Virus record (IMG/VR): IMGVR_UViG_3300017909_001161
Coordinates: 1 to 36,645 of that record
Source of the DNA: a virus
Lineage: Duplodnaviria > Caudoviricetes
Direction: 5' to 3' (one strand)
Length of the DNA stretch: 36,645 nucleotides
Shown here in pieces: positions 1-8,394 of this stretch; position 1 is the stretch's first letter; each line of letters opens with the position of its first letter. The notes beneath the pieces are model-generated. The model saw only the letters and a program-made list of their open reading frames with translations. It was not told where the DNA came from and searched no databases. A program made the position numbers and the translations under genes.

Positions 1-57
1 CCCGCTTTGGACTTCACGACGTGGCACGTTGCACTTCATTTTTGATTTGTCAGCCAT
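1..57 (-). CDS. 5' part of a small basic protein gene (MADKSKMKCNVPRREVQSG...), truncated by the window edge; allele of 35857..36102
   Basis: Aligns with 36046..36102 with 3 mismatches; its ATG overlaps the stop of 57..299 (TAATG). Confidence 0.8.
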   Translation of the reverse strand, partial: MADKSKMKCNVPRREVQSG

Positions 58-299
58 TACTTTTTCCTTACCTTTGCTTTGGGTGTATTCGCTACAACTG
101 TTTTTCCTCTGGCTCCTTCTCTCTTCTTCTTTCTTGCTGTCGTAGCGCGTTCAGCTTTCGTAAGGCTAAGTGCCTTACGTTTCGGTAAGCATCGGTCCGG
201 ATTTTTCTTATCCTTAGAAGTTCCGCAAGGGCCTTTAATTGATCCATCTGTTCCAATCCGTACCCAGTTCTCCTTGAGCCATTGTTTCAGTTGAGCCAT
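57..299 (-). CDS. Small basic phage protein (80 aa; LKQWLKENWV...PCG...RCLP motif)
   Basis: ORF track; TAATG coupling at both ends; near-identical copy at 36338..36580 with mostly synonymous differences. Confidence 0.9.
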   Translation of the reverse strand: MAQLKQWLKENWVRIGTDGSIKGPCGTSKDKKNPDRCLPKRKALSLTKAERATTARKKKREGARGKTVVANTPKAKVRKK

Positions 300-472
300 T
301 ATCTTCCCTTCCGTTTGCCACCTTTTGCCTTCTTTGCGTAGTTCGGGTCCTTACAATACTTGGACGCAGCAAGATTAGCGTAAGCACTTGGGTAAGTGTC
401 AAACGTACGCCTCGCCCAGGCTTTACCTTCTGGGCAGATCTTACCTCCGCTTTTTGCTCGTTTTTTTGCCAT
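299..472 (-). CDS. Small basic protein, 57 aa (MAKKRAKSGGKICPEGKAWARRTFDTYPSAYANLAASKYCKDPNYAKKAKGGKRKGR)
   Basis: Manually translated, below ORF-track cutoff; YPSAYAN motif recalled from small aquatic-phage proteins; TAATG coupling. Confidence 0.8.
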   Translation of the reverse strand: MAKKRAKSGGKICPEGKAWARRTFDTYPSAYANLAASKYCKDPNYAKKAKGGKRKGR

Positions 473-563
473 CAATAAGTGATCTCAACATTTTGGCTTG
501 CCCGGCGTGTGCCTTTGAAGCCTTCTCTAGTTTCCTAGCTACGCTTAGAATTGTTTTTCGCAT
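441..563 (-). CDS. Small basic protein, 40 aa (MRKTILSVARKLEKASKAHAGQAKMLRSLIDGKKTSKKRR)
   Basis: C-terminal part of track ORF 441..626; ATG at 563 fits the tight gene packing. Confidence 0.65.
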   Translation of the reverse strand: MRKTILSVARKLEKASKAHAGQAKMLRSLIDGKKTSKKRR

Positions 564-672
564 TCTTCTTAGATTTACGCAGGACTTTAAAATCCGCTTC
601 TGTGATCTTCTTGCGAGGTGGAGCAACAGCAGCTAAACGCTTCTGTGCTGGACTGTATTTAGAGAAAGGCAC
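535..672 (-). CDS. Small basic protein, 45 aa (MPFSKYSPAQKRLAAVAPPRKKITEADFKVLRKSKKNAKNNSKRS)
   Basis: Manually translated; GTG start overlaps the upstream TAG (TAGTG). Confidence 0.7.
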   Translation of the reverse strand: MPFSKYSPAQKRLAAVAPPRKKITEADFKVLRKSKKNAKNNSKRS

Positions 673-764
673 TACTTTTTACCCTTCTTGCCTTTCTTAC
701 CCATTGGGCAAGCCTTGCGTGTAGTACTTTTTCCTTTTTTCATTTTTCCGTAATGACCTGGCAT
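672..764 (-). CDS. Tiny Lys/Gly-rich protein, 30 aa (MPGHYGKMKKGKSTTRKACPMGKKGKKGKK)
   Basis: Manually translated; AAGGAG Shine-Dalgarno upstream; fills the gap exactly. Confidence 0.7.
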   Translation of the reverse strand: MPGHYGKMKKGKSTTRKACPMGKKGKKGKK

Positions 765-768
765 AATG

Positions 769-927
769 TTATTTCTCCTTGTTTTTGTTGTGGAAGTCAA
801 AGAGGACTTTGACCTTTTCTGTTAATGTTTCGATGTTGTAATGCATCTTGGCTAGTATTATTACGAGTCCAATGAACCCGACAAAGACTGGCCATAAAGC
901 TGATATGATTTGTAGGACTTCATTCAT
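769..927 (-). CDS. Small single-pass membrane protein, 52 aa (MNEVLQIISALWPVFVGFIGLVIILAKMHY...), probable lysis accessory
   Basis: Manually translated; N-terminal hydrophobic helix; ATGA overlap with the upstream gene. Confidence 0.7.
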   Translation of the reverse strand: MNEVLQIISALWPVFVGFIGLVIILAKMHYNIETLTEKVKVLFDFHNKNKEK

Positions 928-1328
928 TTAACCTGTGAACTACCGAAGTAAAATCCGACAATAGCCAGAGCGGTCTGCCGTACTTCTGGTAGTATAACAT
1001 ACCCGGTGACTGTTTCCCACTTCGCCCCCTTGAAGAGTCCGAATAAAAAACTAGTGTCCTTTTGGATAGTTACACCGAAGTCAGTAAAGGCCAGAACGAA
1101 TGGTGCAGCGATTACTGCAAACATTGTACTGACTACAATAAATCTACGAATCCAAGCACCCGATGCACCTCCACGCTTGTCAGCAGCGTCAGCGGATGCG
1201 TCAGCGACCTCCTGCTTTCGGATGGTCTGCTCGAAGAGTCTAGCTTGGTTCTGGGCTTGTTGAGCCATAAATTTCATAATGAAGCCAGAGACTCCACCGC
1301 CAAGCATTGCTATGAGTTCAGGTGTCAT
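924..1328 (-). CDS. Holin-like membrane protein
   Basis: Hydrophobic segments, WIRRFIV motif and C-terminal IVGFYFGSS typical of 3-TM phage/GTA holin-like proteins. Confidence 0.6.
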   Translation of the reverse strand: MTPELIAMLGGGVSGFIMKFMAQQAQNQARLFEQTIRKQEVADASADAADKRGGASGAWIRRFIVVSTMFAVIAAPFVLAFTDFGVTIQKDTSFLFGLFKGAKWETVTGYVILPEVRQTALAIVGFYFGSSQVK

Positions 1329-1477
1329 TTCTTGAGTAACTTGTAAATCGATACGCTCATATACACCAAAGTAGCTAGACCCACGAGGAAGCTAACTACA
1401 GCGTTGATTTCAGAAAGCCCGATTGTGGCAAGGAATCCTCCTGTGCCGAGCGAGGCTCTTGAGATTAGCTCGTCCAT
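1325..1477 (-). CDS. Small membrane protein, 50 aa (MDELISRASLGTGGFLATIGLSEINAVVSFLVGLATLVYMSVSIYKLLKK), holin-like
   Basis: Manually translated; hydrophobic with basic C-terminus; start/stop overlaps at both ends. Confidence 0.7.
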   Translation of the reverse strand: MDELISRASLGTGGFLATIGLSEINAVVSFLVGLATLVYMSVSIYKLLKK

Positions 1478-1704
1478 TATTCTTCCTCAGGTTTCGGCGT
1501 ATATGAATCGACAGTAGCGGATTCCTCCTCTTCAGTAAGATTGAAGGAACTTACATCGAGTGCGTACTCATTTGTGTCGGTCAGCTTGGGGCTAGTCACA
1601 TAACGTGTCCCCTCGCCTTTAACGTGATAGGCGAGTCCTCGTTCGATGCCCTCCGTTTCGGAGCGATCCCAAGCGTCTTGTTCGGTTGCGTAGATTAGAT
1701 ACAT
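1477..1704 (-). CDS. Hypothetical acidic protein, possible tail fibre accessory
   Basis: ORF track; directly downstream of the tail protein gene. Confidence 0.7.
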   Translation of the reverse strand: MYLIYATEQDAWDRSETEGIERGLAYHVKGEGTRYVTSPKLTDTNEYALDVSSFNLTEEEESATVDSYTPKPEEE

Positions 1705-1706
1705 AA

Positions 1707-4169
1707 TTAGAAACTTTCGTAATAGTTATTCATATTCCCCTCAATCAGGGTTCTGTCGGATGACTTGTCTATGTCCTTGTAAATAATTACTTCAGAAATC
1801 ACACCAGTTCTGGTCTTTCCTATTTCATCAAATGTAGTATCGGTAGCACTACCACTCGTAGTGTCAGTTCCACGATTAGTTCCATCGACATACCATTCCG
1901 TATTTACGGCTTCTTTTATAAATGTATGAAGGGAAACTTTATCGTCAGCCTGAATGTTTCCTGCATTCGGGAACCAGTTACCGCTTGTAGCTAACTGAAC
2001 GGCTGCCTTTTCTGAACCAGCATCAGTTCTAACAGCAATTCTATTGCTATTTGAAGAGTTTCCGACAATCTCATTTGTGCTACTACTAACGCTGCTATCG
2101 CAAAACGAGAATACAGAGAACCCATCAGCGTCCATAACAATGTCTGTAAATGTTAACAGATCTCCACCATCGAACTCAAGCGTTGTGTTGCTATTGCTGT
2201 CAACAATTAGATTACCAGATTTAACAACCTGGGGCTGATCTGCTAATGTAGATTGCCTTGCATCCTTGCTATTACCTGACTGGTCGAACCAAGTATGAAC
2301 GAAGCCATTCTGTGAAGCTGTATAAACTTCATAATGGTTATTCATATTACTCTCAATCTTGAAGCGGTTGTTGGACTGGTCGAAGTTATAAATAATAATC
2401 TCAGAAAATTTACCATCTAATTGGTTAGCATTAGACCCAAAGGCAAACAACTGACCGAACGTAAAGCTCGAATGACTATCTACTGTCTTCGTATCTTTCA
2501 GCGTTCCGTTCTGATTTAAAGTTGCACTATCGGAGGTATCTCTTATAAGAGAAATTACAGCATTATTAAAAGAAGTGCCTGTAACAGCAAAATCATAATT
2601 GGTTCCAGTTGCAAAACGAATTGTATTAGTAGCAGAATGCTCAAGTCTTGGAGTTGTTCCTGTACTTGGTCCTATTACAGCAGACCTAGCGTTAGGGTCT
2701 GACTTATAAAAAATAGAAAAATCACCAGTAACAGTAATCGAACTTCCAAAATCAAGATGATGATCAAGAGACGCCTCACCAGATAAAGACTTACCGCTAT
2801 CTATAAGGCTACCACTCTCCGCAAACAACGGCTGGGCTGCCGCTGTACCCTGCGTAGCATTGTTGCTATTGCCGCTTTGGTCATACCAAGTGTGGACTGC
2901 TGCATCTGGTGCAGTAACTTCCCAGGTTAAATTAGACACTTGAAGGGTAGCACTTGCTCCATTTGCAATAAAGAAGAAAAGTTTAGTTGACCCAGCAGAA
3001 GTAGTAGAGCCATCCCCAGTAATATCAAACTGGAAATCTAAATTATTAGTTCCGCTAGTAATTGCAACAGATTGCGTACCAGAAGAAACACCTCCATTGG
3101 TTTGTACTTTTATATCACCAACAAGACTAGATGCTGTTAATGTCCCTCTGAGTCGATAGCGTCCCTGACCAAATAAACCAGAGCGTATTTCTGGAAATAT
3201 AGCTGCACCGCTATCGTTATTGATAGATGCAGTATAATTGCTGGCATCTGTAGAAGATGTAACAACAAATTGCGTTCCAATATCGGAAGGAACGATTAAT
3301 CGGCTCGTAATATCAACATCCTCAGTCAAAAAGCCACCAAGCGTAGTCGCTGTTGTGCTTCCGCTTTCACCGCCCTCTTCTGCTGTATTTTCTATGGGTG
3401 AACTAGTACTTACTTCGTCATTGGTATCAAATGATACATTGACCTCTACATTATCAGATGACCTACGGATACGAACAGCGTGTCCTGTATAGGTGCTTCG
3501 TATCTTACGGAAGGAATACGCAGCCTCCGCTGTTGGGTAAGCAGTAGTTGAACTATACAAAGGAACGAATGACAAATAACTACTAACGGCATTACTCCAA
3601 CTAGAGCTATCTAAGCCCGAAGCTCCTGCTCCTACTGAAACACCTGCTGAACCCCAGTTAGTTACTTGAAAAGGAAATTTTGTGGTACTTGATATTGAAA
3701 TGCTTCCAACATTATTCCCGTCATTAAAACTTAAAACCCAAGATCCTGAACCAAAGGAGTAAGTTACACCAAGGCTTGAGCCATTTGTCCAAACTGTTCC
3801 ATCTGCGTTAGGAGTGAATGTACCATCAAAGTCATCAAGACTTGCTCCACCAGCTAGACTTACTCCACCAGCCTGCAATCCAGCACCTAAATCGAATACA
3901 GTAAAAGAAGCAACACCAAGGTCAGCGGGCAATGCTGTTTCCTGCTTTCCGTTTACCCAATCCGCTAGTTCAGTACCGACCTCAGTCGAGGTAAACTCAC
4001 GCTCATCATCGTCACCATCCCGACGTGCGTTGACCACCTTCGGGTCACCGCCAGTTAGACTACGGAGTGAATACGCAGCAGAAGCCCCAGAACCGATGTT
4101 CAAGAGGCTTTGACCCACCCTGTTCAGGCGGGGCTGTCTACCTAGTGCCTGATCCAGACTGACGTGCAT
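1707..4169 (-). CDS. Tail fibre / receptor-binding protein with two concanavalin A/LamG-like lectin modules
   Basis: Two AAYS(L/F)R...RR motifs, two HTW(Y/F)DQSGN...QP motifs, two SE(I/V)IIY...IE.NMNN.Y endings; Ser/Thr/Gly-rich. Confidence 0.75.
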   Translation of the reverse strand: MHVSLDQALGRQPRLNRVGQSLLNIGSGASAAYSLRSLTGGDPKVVNARRDGDDDEREFTSTEVGTELADWVNGKQETALPADLGVASFTVFDLGAGLQAGGVSLAGGASLDDFDGTFTPNADGTVWTNGSSLGVTYSFGSGSWVLSFNDGNNVGSISISSTTKFPFQVTNWGSAGVSVGAGASGLDSSSWSNAVSSYLSFVPLYSSTTAYPTAEAAYSFRKIRSTYTGHAVRIRRSSDNVEVNVSFDTNDEVSTSSPIENTAEEGGESGSTTATTLGGFLTEDVDITSRLIVPSDIGTQFVVTSSTDASNYTASINNDSGAAIFPEIRSGLFGQGRYRLRGTLTASSLVGDIKVQTNGGVSSGTQSVAITSGTNNLDFQFDITGDGSTTSAGSTKLFFFIANGASATLQVSNLTWEVTAPDAAVHTWYDQSGNSNNATQGTAAAQPLFAESGSLIDSGKSLSGEASLDHHLDFGSSITVTGDFSIFYKSDPNARSAVIGPSTGTTPRLEHSATNTIRFATGTNYDFAVTGTSFNNAVISLIRDTSDSATLNQNGTLKDTKTVDSHSSFTFGQLFAFGSNANQLDGKFSEIIIYNFDQSNNRFKIESNMNNHYEVYTASQNGFVHTWFDQSGNSKDARQSTLADQPQVVKSGNLIVDSNSNTTLEFDGGDLLTFTDIVMDADGFSVFSFCDSSVSSSTNEIVGNSSNSNRIAVRTDAGSEKAAVQLATSGNWFPNAGNIQADDKVSLHTFIKEAVNTEWYVDGTNRGTDTTSGSATDTTFDEIGKTRTGVISEVIIYKDIDKSSDRTLIEGNMNNYYESF

Positions 4170-4170
4170 A

Positions 4171-4440
4171 TTAGACCCTGTGTAGAGCTACGGTTCCTGT
4201 TGAACCACCTAAAGTAAGTGCTGAGAACTGTCCGTATATTATAGTACCAGCACCGAATGAAATATTCAGTTCATCTGCATTTTCAATGTTGCTAGCCGTA
4301 ACGGATGAAATCGTTGCATCCGTCAAGAATTGAATAGCACCAAAACTTGTGCTTGATACGGATTCGTGCGAGCTACCTTTCTTCAGAATAATTGATCCAG
4401 CAGAAGAGAACTCAAGAGCGTTATTTCGTGAACGTGCCAT
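4171..4440 (-). CDS. Small virion structural protein (hypothetical)
   Basis: ORF track; beta-rich composition; position in the structural operon. Confidence 0.65.
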   Translation of the reverse strand: MARSRNNALEFSSAGSIILKKGSSHESVSSTSFGAIQFLTDATISSVTASNIENADELNISFGAGTIIYGQFSALTLGGSTGTVALHRV

Positions 4441-4460
4441 AGTGTTATTATATCACAAGG
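4441..4460 (-). promoter_or_regulatory. Extended -10 promoter, probably leaderless
   Basis: Minus strand reads CCTTG-TGA-TATAAT-AACACT-ATG; the same design occurs at 33573..33592. Confidence 0.6.
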
Positions 4461-4461
4461 G

Positions 4462-5409
4462 TTATCGGGATTGTCGGTTGACGTAAGTTGAGAATCGTTT
4501 GTTGATTGTAGAGTTATTCATTCGGATGTCTACCTTCTCTAGCTCCTGGGCTAGATACTTGGCTCCAACATTTTCTTCAGCGATTGCCTGCTCCTGCTTG
4601 TTCTGTACACGGAGGAAGTCAGCGTAGACCGTATGGGCAATGAAGTTAAAGAACTCAGCAGGTACTTCGACTGTTGAGTTGTAAAAATCTGTAGTTACAG
4701 AAAATGGAGTAAACTGCTTCTTGTACGTTACAAATGCAGTATTGTCTGTAGTACTGATAATGTTGAGAATATTAGCCCCATCAGCATCAGCAAAGAAATC
4801 ATACTCAATGGCTGAGTTATTTAAGAACGCTTTCTTGCGGTGAATACGATTGAAGTCACCAATGGTATTCTTATTTGTTTCCGCATACGGGATTAGTTGT
4901 TTTGCAACCACCGATAAAACATCACTACCTGATATTGGTGTCCAGGTCTCAACATCTTCAACATTGTCTTTTTTATTTGTATCAGCTTCAATAAATTTTT
5001 GACTGCCTGCCGATACAGTATAAGTTCCGTCTGTCTGTTCTGTTGCTGACGCTGATGTGTCAACTCTCCAAGCTGATCCTGTATTATAAATAATTACTGT
5101 ATTCGTTGTTACGCCTTGGTAGACATTAGTGCCTCCTGTAGTATTCGATCCAAGTAATTTATAGTTTTGATTTACTGATGTCGATGTGCTGGACGTTGCA
5201 CCAGATAAAGTCAAAGCAATGATTTGACGCTCCTCAGAAGAAACGACATAACGAGGCCATACTGGGCTAGTATCAAAAGCCTCCTGAAACCTGCGGTTAA
5301 TGAAGTCAGCTATCTGAGTATCTTCTGTTCCGCTACCTGGCAATTCGCCACCAGTACCGATCATTGAAGTTATAAGCCTAAATAGATCCTTGTACTGTCG
5401 TGTCTGCAT
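4462..5409 (-). CDS. Probable head-tail adaptor / tail tubular A-like protein with an internal beta-rich insertion
   Basis: Position after capsid genes; helical N-terminus (FINRRFQEA...WP) and C-terminus (VPAEFFNFIAHTVYADFLR). Confidence 0.55.
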   Translation of the reverse strand: MQTRQYKDLFRLITSMIGTGGELPGSGTEDTQIADFINRRFQEAFDTSPVWPRYVVSSEERQIIALTLSGATSSTSTSVNQNYKLLGSNTTGGTNVYQGVTTNTVIIYNTGSAWRVDTSASATEQTDGTYTVSAGSQKFIEADTNKKDNVEDVETWTPISGSDVLSVVAKQLIPYAETNKNTIGDFNRIHRKKAFLNNSAIEYDFFADADGANILNIISTTDNTAFVTYKKQFTPFSVTTDFYNSTVEVPAEFFNFIAHTVYADFLRVQNKQEQAIAEENVGAKYLAQELEKVDIRMNNSTINKRFSTYVNRQSR

Positions 5410-5714
5410 TATGCTTTATTCGGGCTAAGTTCCGGGAACTTCTTGTTGTAATACTTGAGGAACTCCTTGGAGTGAACAGTTTCGTGTCCGTACTTTTGTG
5501 TGAGTCGAAAGAACTCACGGGCAGGGATCGTCGCTACGGGTTTACCGAGTACGGGGTGCGTCGTCCCTTTCATTTGATGTGCTTCTTTTGCTGCTTGTTT
5601 TACACGAGCCTTTTCAGTCTCACGCTCACGCTTGAATCCAGTCTGGATCTCACGCATAAAAGCACGGTTGATTTCGCCATCGGAGTACCGAGGCAGTGCA
5701 GTAATAATTTCCAT
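5409..5714 (-). CDS. Hypothetical protein following the capsid genes (101 aa, MEIITALP...)
   Basis: Track ORF 5409..5765 trimmed to ATG 5714 because the upstream part is a terminator hairpin. Confidence 0.75.
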   Translation of the reverse strand: MEIITALPRYSDGEINRAFMREIQTGFKRERETEKARVKQAAKEAHQMKGTTHPVLGKPVATIPAREFFRLTQKYGHETVHSKEFLKYYNKKFPELSPNKA

Positions 5715-5719
5715 AAGGG

Positions 5720-5753
5720 AAAGGAAGGGAGTGGCCGCTATGCAGCCACCCCC
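5720..5753 (-). terminator. Intrinsic terminator-like hairpin after the capsid and decoration genes
   Basis: Minus strand GGGGGTGGCTGC-ATA-GCGGCCACTCCC followed by TTCCTTT. Confidence 0.65.
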
Positions 5754-5765
5754 AACCAGAATCAT

Positions 5766-6206
5766 TTAGAAGCTAAGGCGACGGATCTTCAGAAGAACCT
5801 TGAGCTTACCACTTGTGTCAGCAGCAAGGGAGCTTGCGGCCTTCAGGTCGATGTTACCATCAGCAAGAACTACGAGTTTGTTTGCATTAGCATTGCCGTC
5901 ATCGTCAAGAGAATTACCAGTGTCAGCAACTGGGGTTGCTGTGGTAGTGCTTACACTCTTGTTCTTAATGAATGCTTCAGCATCCGCAGAACCACCAATG
6001 ATAGTGCCATCATGCCCAACGTTGAAGTTAGCGGATGTGCTAAATGCTTCAGTGATATCCAACGCAGCACCTTCGATAACGTCACCCTTTTTTACGGGAA
6101 CGGTAATCGTTTGGCCACCTGAGACAGCAGCGAAGTCTCCCGGTGTCAGGATGATTTCGTCAGTATAGCCGGAAGTACCAGCTTCATTTACAGTTAAACG
6201 TGCCAT
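5766..6206 (-). CDS. Capsid decoration / minor capsid protein
   Basis: Immediately after the major capsid gene, strong AAGGAG SD, small-residue beta-sandwich pattern (ITEAFST...VG...DAEAF). Confidence 0.6.
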   Translation of the reverse strand: MARLTVNEAGTSGYTDEIILTPGDFAAVSGGQTITVPVKKGDVIEGAALDITEAFSTSANFNVGHDGTIIGGSADAEAFIKNKSVSTTTATPVADTGNSLDDDGNANANKLVVLADGNIDLKAASSLAADTSGKLKVLLKIRRLSF

Positions 6207-6231
6207 ATTATTATATCTCCTTTGTTAAGGG

Positions 6232-7248
6232 TTAGCTTGCGGAAACAATCTTGCCGTGTGCGCCAGGGTGGTAAACACCGAGGGTCAATGCACAGTCAAC
6301 GAAACCACGCTCACCACCACCAAGATTTGGAAGGCGAGTAGAACCCATAGGGATCAGTTCGTGAATACCTGCGTATTCAGGATTTAGGAGGTAACCAGAC
6401 ATTCCAGAGATACCAGCCTGTGCAGGAGCGCAATCAGGATTAGCATTAACAATGGAAACTACTCCGTGGTCGGACTCATAGAGTTCAACGGAAAGTTTAA
6501 TTTGTCCAGAGTTGCCATCATAATTAACAGAACGAACACCTGCTTCAGAAGCAGCTAGTCCAGCAGCACCAAAACGAGCGAAGTCGCTGATGTCGTTACG
6601 AAGAGCAGTATCAGCAACAAGCATCAAGTCATTAGTAGAACCAGTAACTGTGAAGATTGAAGTAATAACGCTGTTTAACTCACTTTCAAGGAAGTTTGCG
6701 TCAACAGTTGTAACATCAGCAATACTTGCGCTAGGAGTGCGGTATGCTTCAGGAACGTTAGCGGAACCAGCAGCGTTTTGAATCCAGTCACCAAGGCCAC
6801 CAAGAGCATTTGCTGTACCAGCACCATTCTCGGTAGCCTGTGTATTAGCAGATGAAATAGTAGCTTCGATGTCACGCTTGAGTTCACGGATTGCTTTAGC
6901 TTCAGCTTGAGCGATCTTAGCAGGACCAACGGAATCAACAGCTTCCTGAAGATCGGAAACCATATAGTCACGACGGAACTTCTGTACACGATTACCCAAA
7001 CGGGCACGGCCAGCGAACTGGTCGGTGAATGCAGTAACGTCAGCACCTTCGCTGATACCAGCAGTAACAGGAGCAGACAATGAATCAACGGTCCATTCTA
7101 CGTTAGTAGCGGAAGCACGTTCTTTGTTAAGAGAAGACAGGATAGGAGTTTCCTCAGGTGCAAGAATTGTCAGAACATCTGTCAAGTCTTCACGATTGGA
7201 TACACCAGAACCTGTGTTAGTTGTATCGAATGTATTTGAAAAAGACAT
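6232..7248 (-). CDS. Major capsid protein (DUF5309 / SU10-like family)
   Basis: NREDLTDVLTILAPEETP, EWTVDSL, EGAD, N.VQKFR, ELKRDIE and YESDHG motifs; follows the scaffold gene. Confidence 0.9.
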   Translation of the reverse strand: MSFSNTFDTTNTGSGVSNREDLTDVLTILAPEETPILSSLNKERASATNVEWTVDSLSAPVTAGISEGADVTAFTDQFAGRARLGNRVQKFRRDYMVSDLQEAVDSVGPAKIAQAEAKAIRELKRDIEATISSANTQATENGAGTANALGGLGDWIQNAAGSANVPEAYRTPSASIADVTTVDANFLESELNSVITSIFTVTGSTNDLMLVADTALRNDISDFARFGAAGLAASEAGVRSVNYDGNSGQIKLSVELYESDHGVVSIVNANPDCAPAQAGISGMSGYLLNPEYAGIHELIPMGSTRLPNLGGGERGFVDCALTLGVYHPGAHGKIVSAS

Positions 7249-7266
7249 TGTAAATAAGTTTAAGAA

Positions 7267-8352
7267 TTATCGTTTTAACATTTTAAGTTTGCGAAGTTCT
7301 GCGAAATCACGAGCGTTACCCGTTTGCTTGAATCTAGCTTCAAGTTCTTTGATGGCTTTAGCTGTTCTTGACGATGACTTCTCAGAAGTAGCCGATGAAG
7401 GCGTTGCTGTTTGAGGAGGATTTAACTTAGGGCTTCCATTGCTTGTTGCCACGGGCTTGCGTCCGTAGATGCTGTTTGTAGCATGAGCAAAGAAATAATC
7501 AAGTTGAGCAGCAACGTCCGGTGCTTCACGCTTAACAACCTCTTTGAGTTTCTTAAAACGGCTATCACCTACTGTTGACTCAAACTGTTTCCGAAGGTCA
7601 TTATCCTCTCCTTCCAGCCACTTAAGTTCTTTCTTGGCTCTTTCCTCAAATGCTTGAGTAAGTTGCTCGCCCTGTACTTGGGCTTGTACTTTAGTTAGCT
7701 GATCAGGAAGGAATGTTTTTTGTGCTTTACGAGCATTAAGTAATGCCTGTCGCACTTCCTTCTTTGTCCAGTCCTTGCCATCAATCTCTGTTACTACATC
7801 GTTGGGAGTATACTCATCGCTTTCAAAAAGAATGTTTTCAGCCCACTCAACAATACCCTCAATCTCGGATGCCTTTTCTTGTAGCTTCTCGACTGTGTCA
7901 AGGTTACTGTAAGGGTTATCCTTGACTGCTTTGGTTGTATTGAGCGGATTGTCGGATTCCTTGAGCTTTGATTCTAGTTGAGTTAAGCGTTCTTCAGCAG
8001 CCTTACGTTTTGCTGTCAGTTCACCGAACCGAGCAACCGCACGACTACCTAGCTTGTCAGCCAGTTCCCGTAGATCCTCCTCAGACATTTCGTCTAAGTC
8101 CAACTGTGAAAGAACATCTTCGGATTCAGCACCATCGGATTCTTCTTGAGTCCCTTCGCTAGGAACCCCGTCTGTCTCCTCTGTTACCTGTTCCTCAGTC
8201 TCCTCGTTGGTTTCTTCAGTTGATTGAGTTTCCTCAGCCTCCTGGTTTCCTCCTCCGATTCGTTGAGCAACGAAATCCGTGACGGATATATTATTGTTGT
8301 CCACTGTATTTTGTACTGGTTCAGCGTCTCCAGTTGTGATTTCGTCTGTCAT
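7267..8352 (-). CDS. Capsid scaffolding protein
   Basis: Very acidic N-terminus, coiled coil (RFGELTAKRKAAEE), basic C-terminal helix; directly upstream of the capsid gene. Confidence 0.8.
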   Translation of the reverse strand: MTDEITTGDAEPVQNTVDNNNISVTDFVAQRIGGGNQEAEETQSTEETNEETEEQVTEETDGVPSEGTQEESDGAESEDVLSQLDLDEMSEEDLRELADKLGSRAVARFGELTAKRKAAEERLTQLESKLKESDNPLNTTKAVKDNPYSNLDTVEKLQEKASEIEGIVEWAENILFESDEYTPNDVVTEIDGKDWTKKEVRQALLNARKAQKTFLPDQLTKVQAQVQGEQLTQAFEERAKKELKWLEGEDNDLRKQFESTVGDSRFKKLKEVVKREAPDVAAQLDYFFAHATNSIYGRKPVATSNGSPKLNPPQTATPSSATSEKSSSRTAKAIKELEARFKQTGNARDFAELRKLKMLKR

Positions 8353-8394
8353 AATCTTTCCGCTTATTTACGCCAAGCGATTGCGAGGTAGCGA

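Noticed and set aside
57-299. DGR template/variable repeat pair, or an exact terminal repeat, with 36338..36580
   Set aside because: Differences are almost all synonymous and not adenine-specific, there is no reverse transcriptase, and the flanks differ, so it is not an exact repeat.
5400-7414. Plus-strand and alternate-frame ORFs overlapping the capsid region (e.g. 5400..6122, 5800..6168, 6675..7088, 7025..7414)
   Set aside because: Shadow ORFs of well-supported minus-strand genes.
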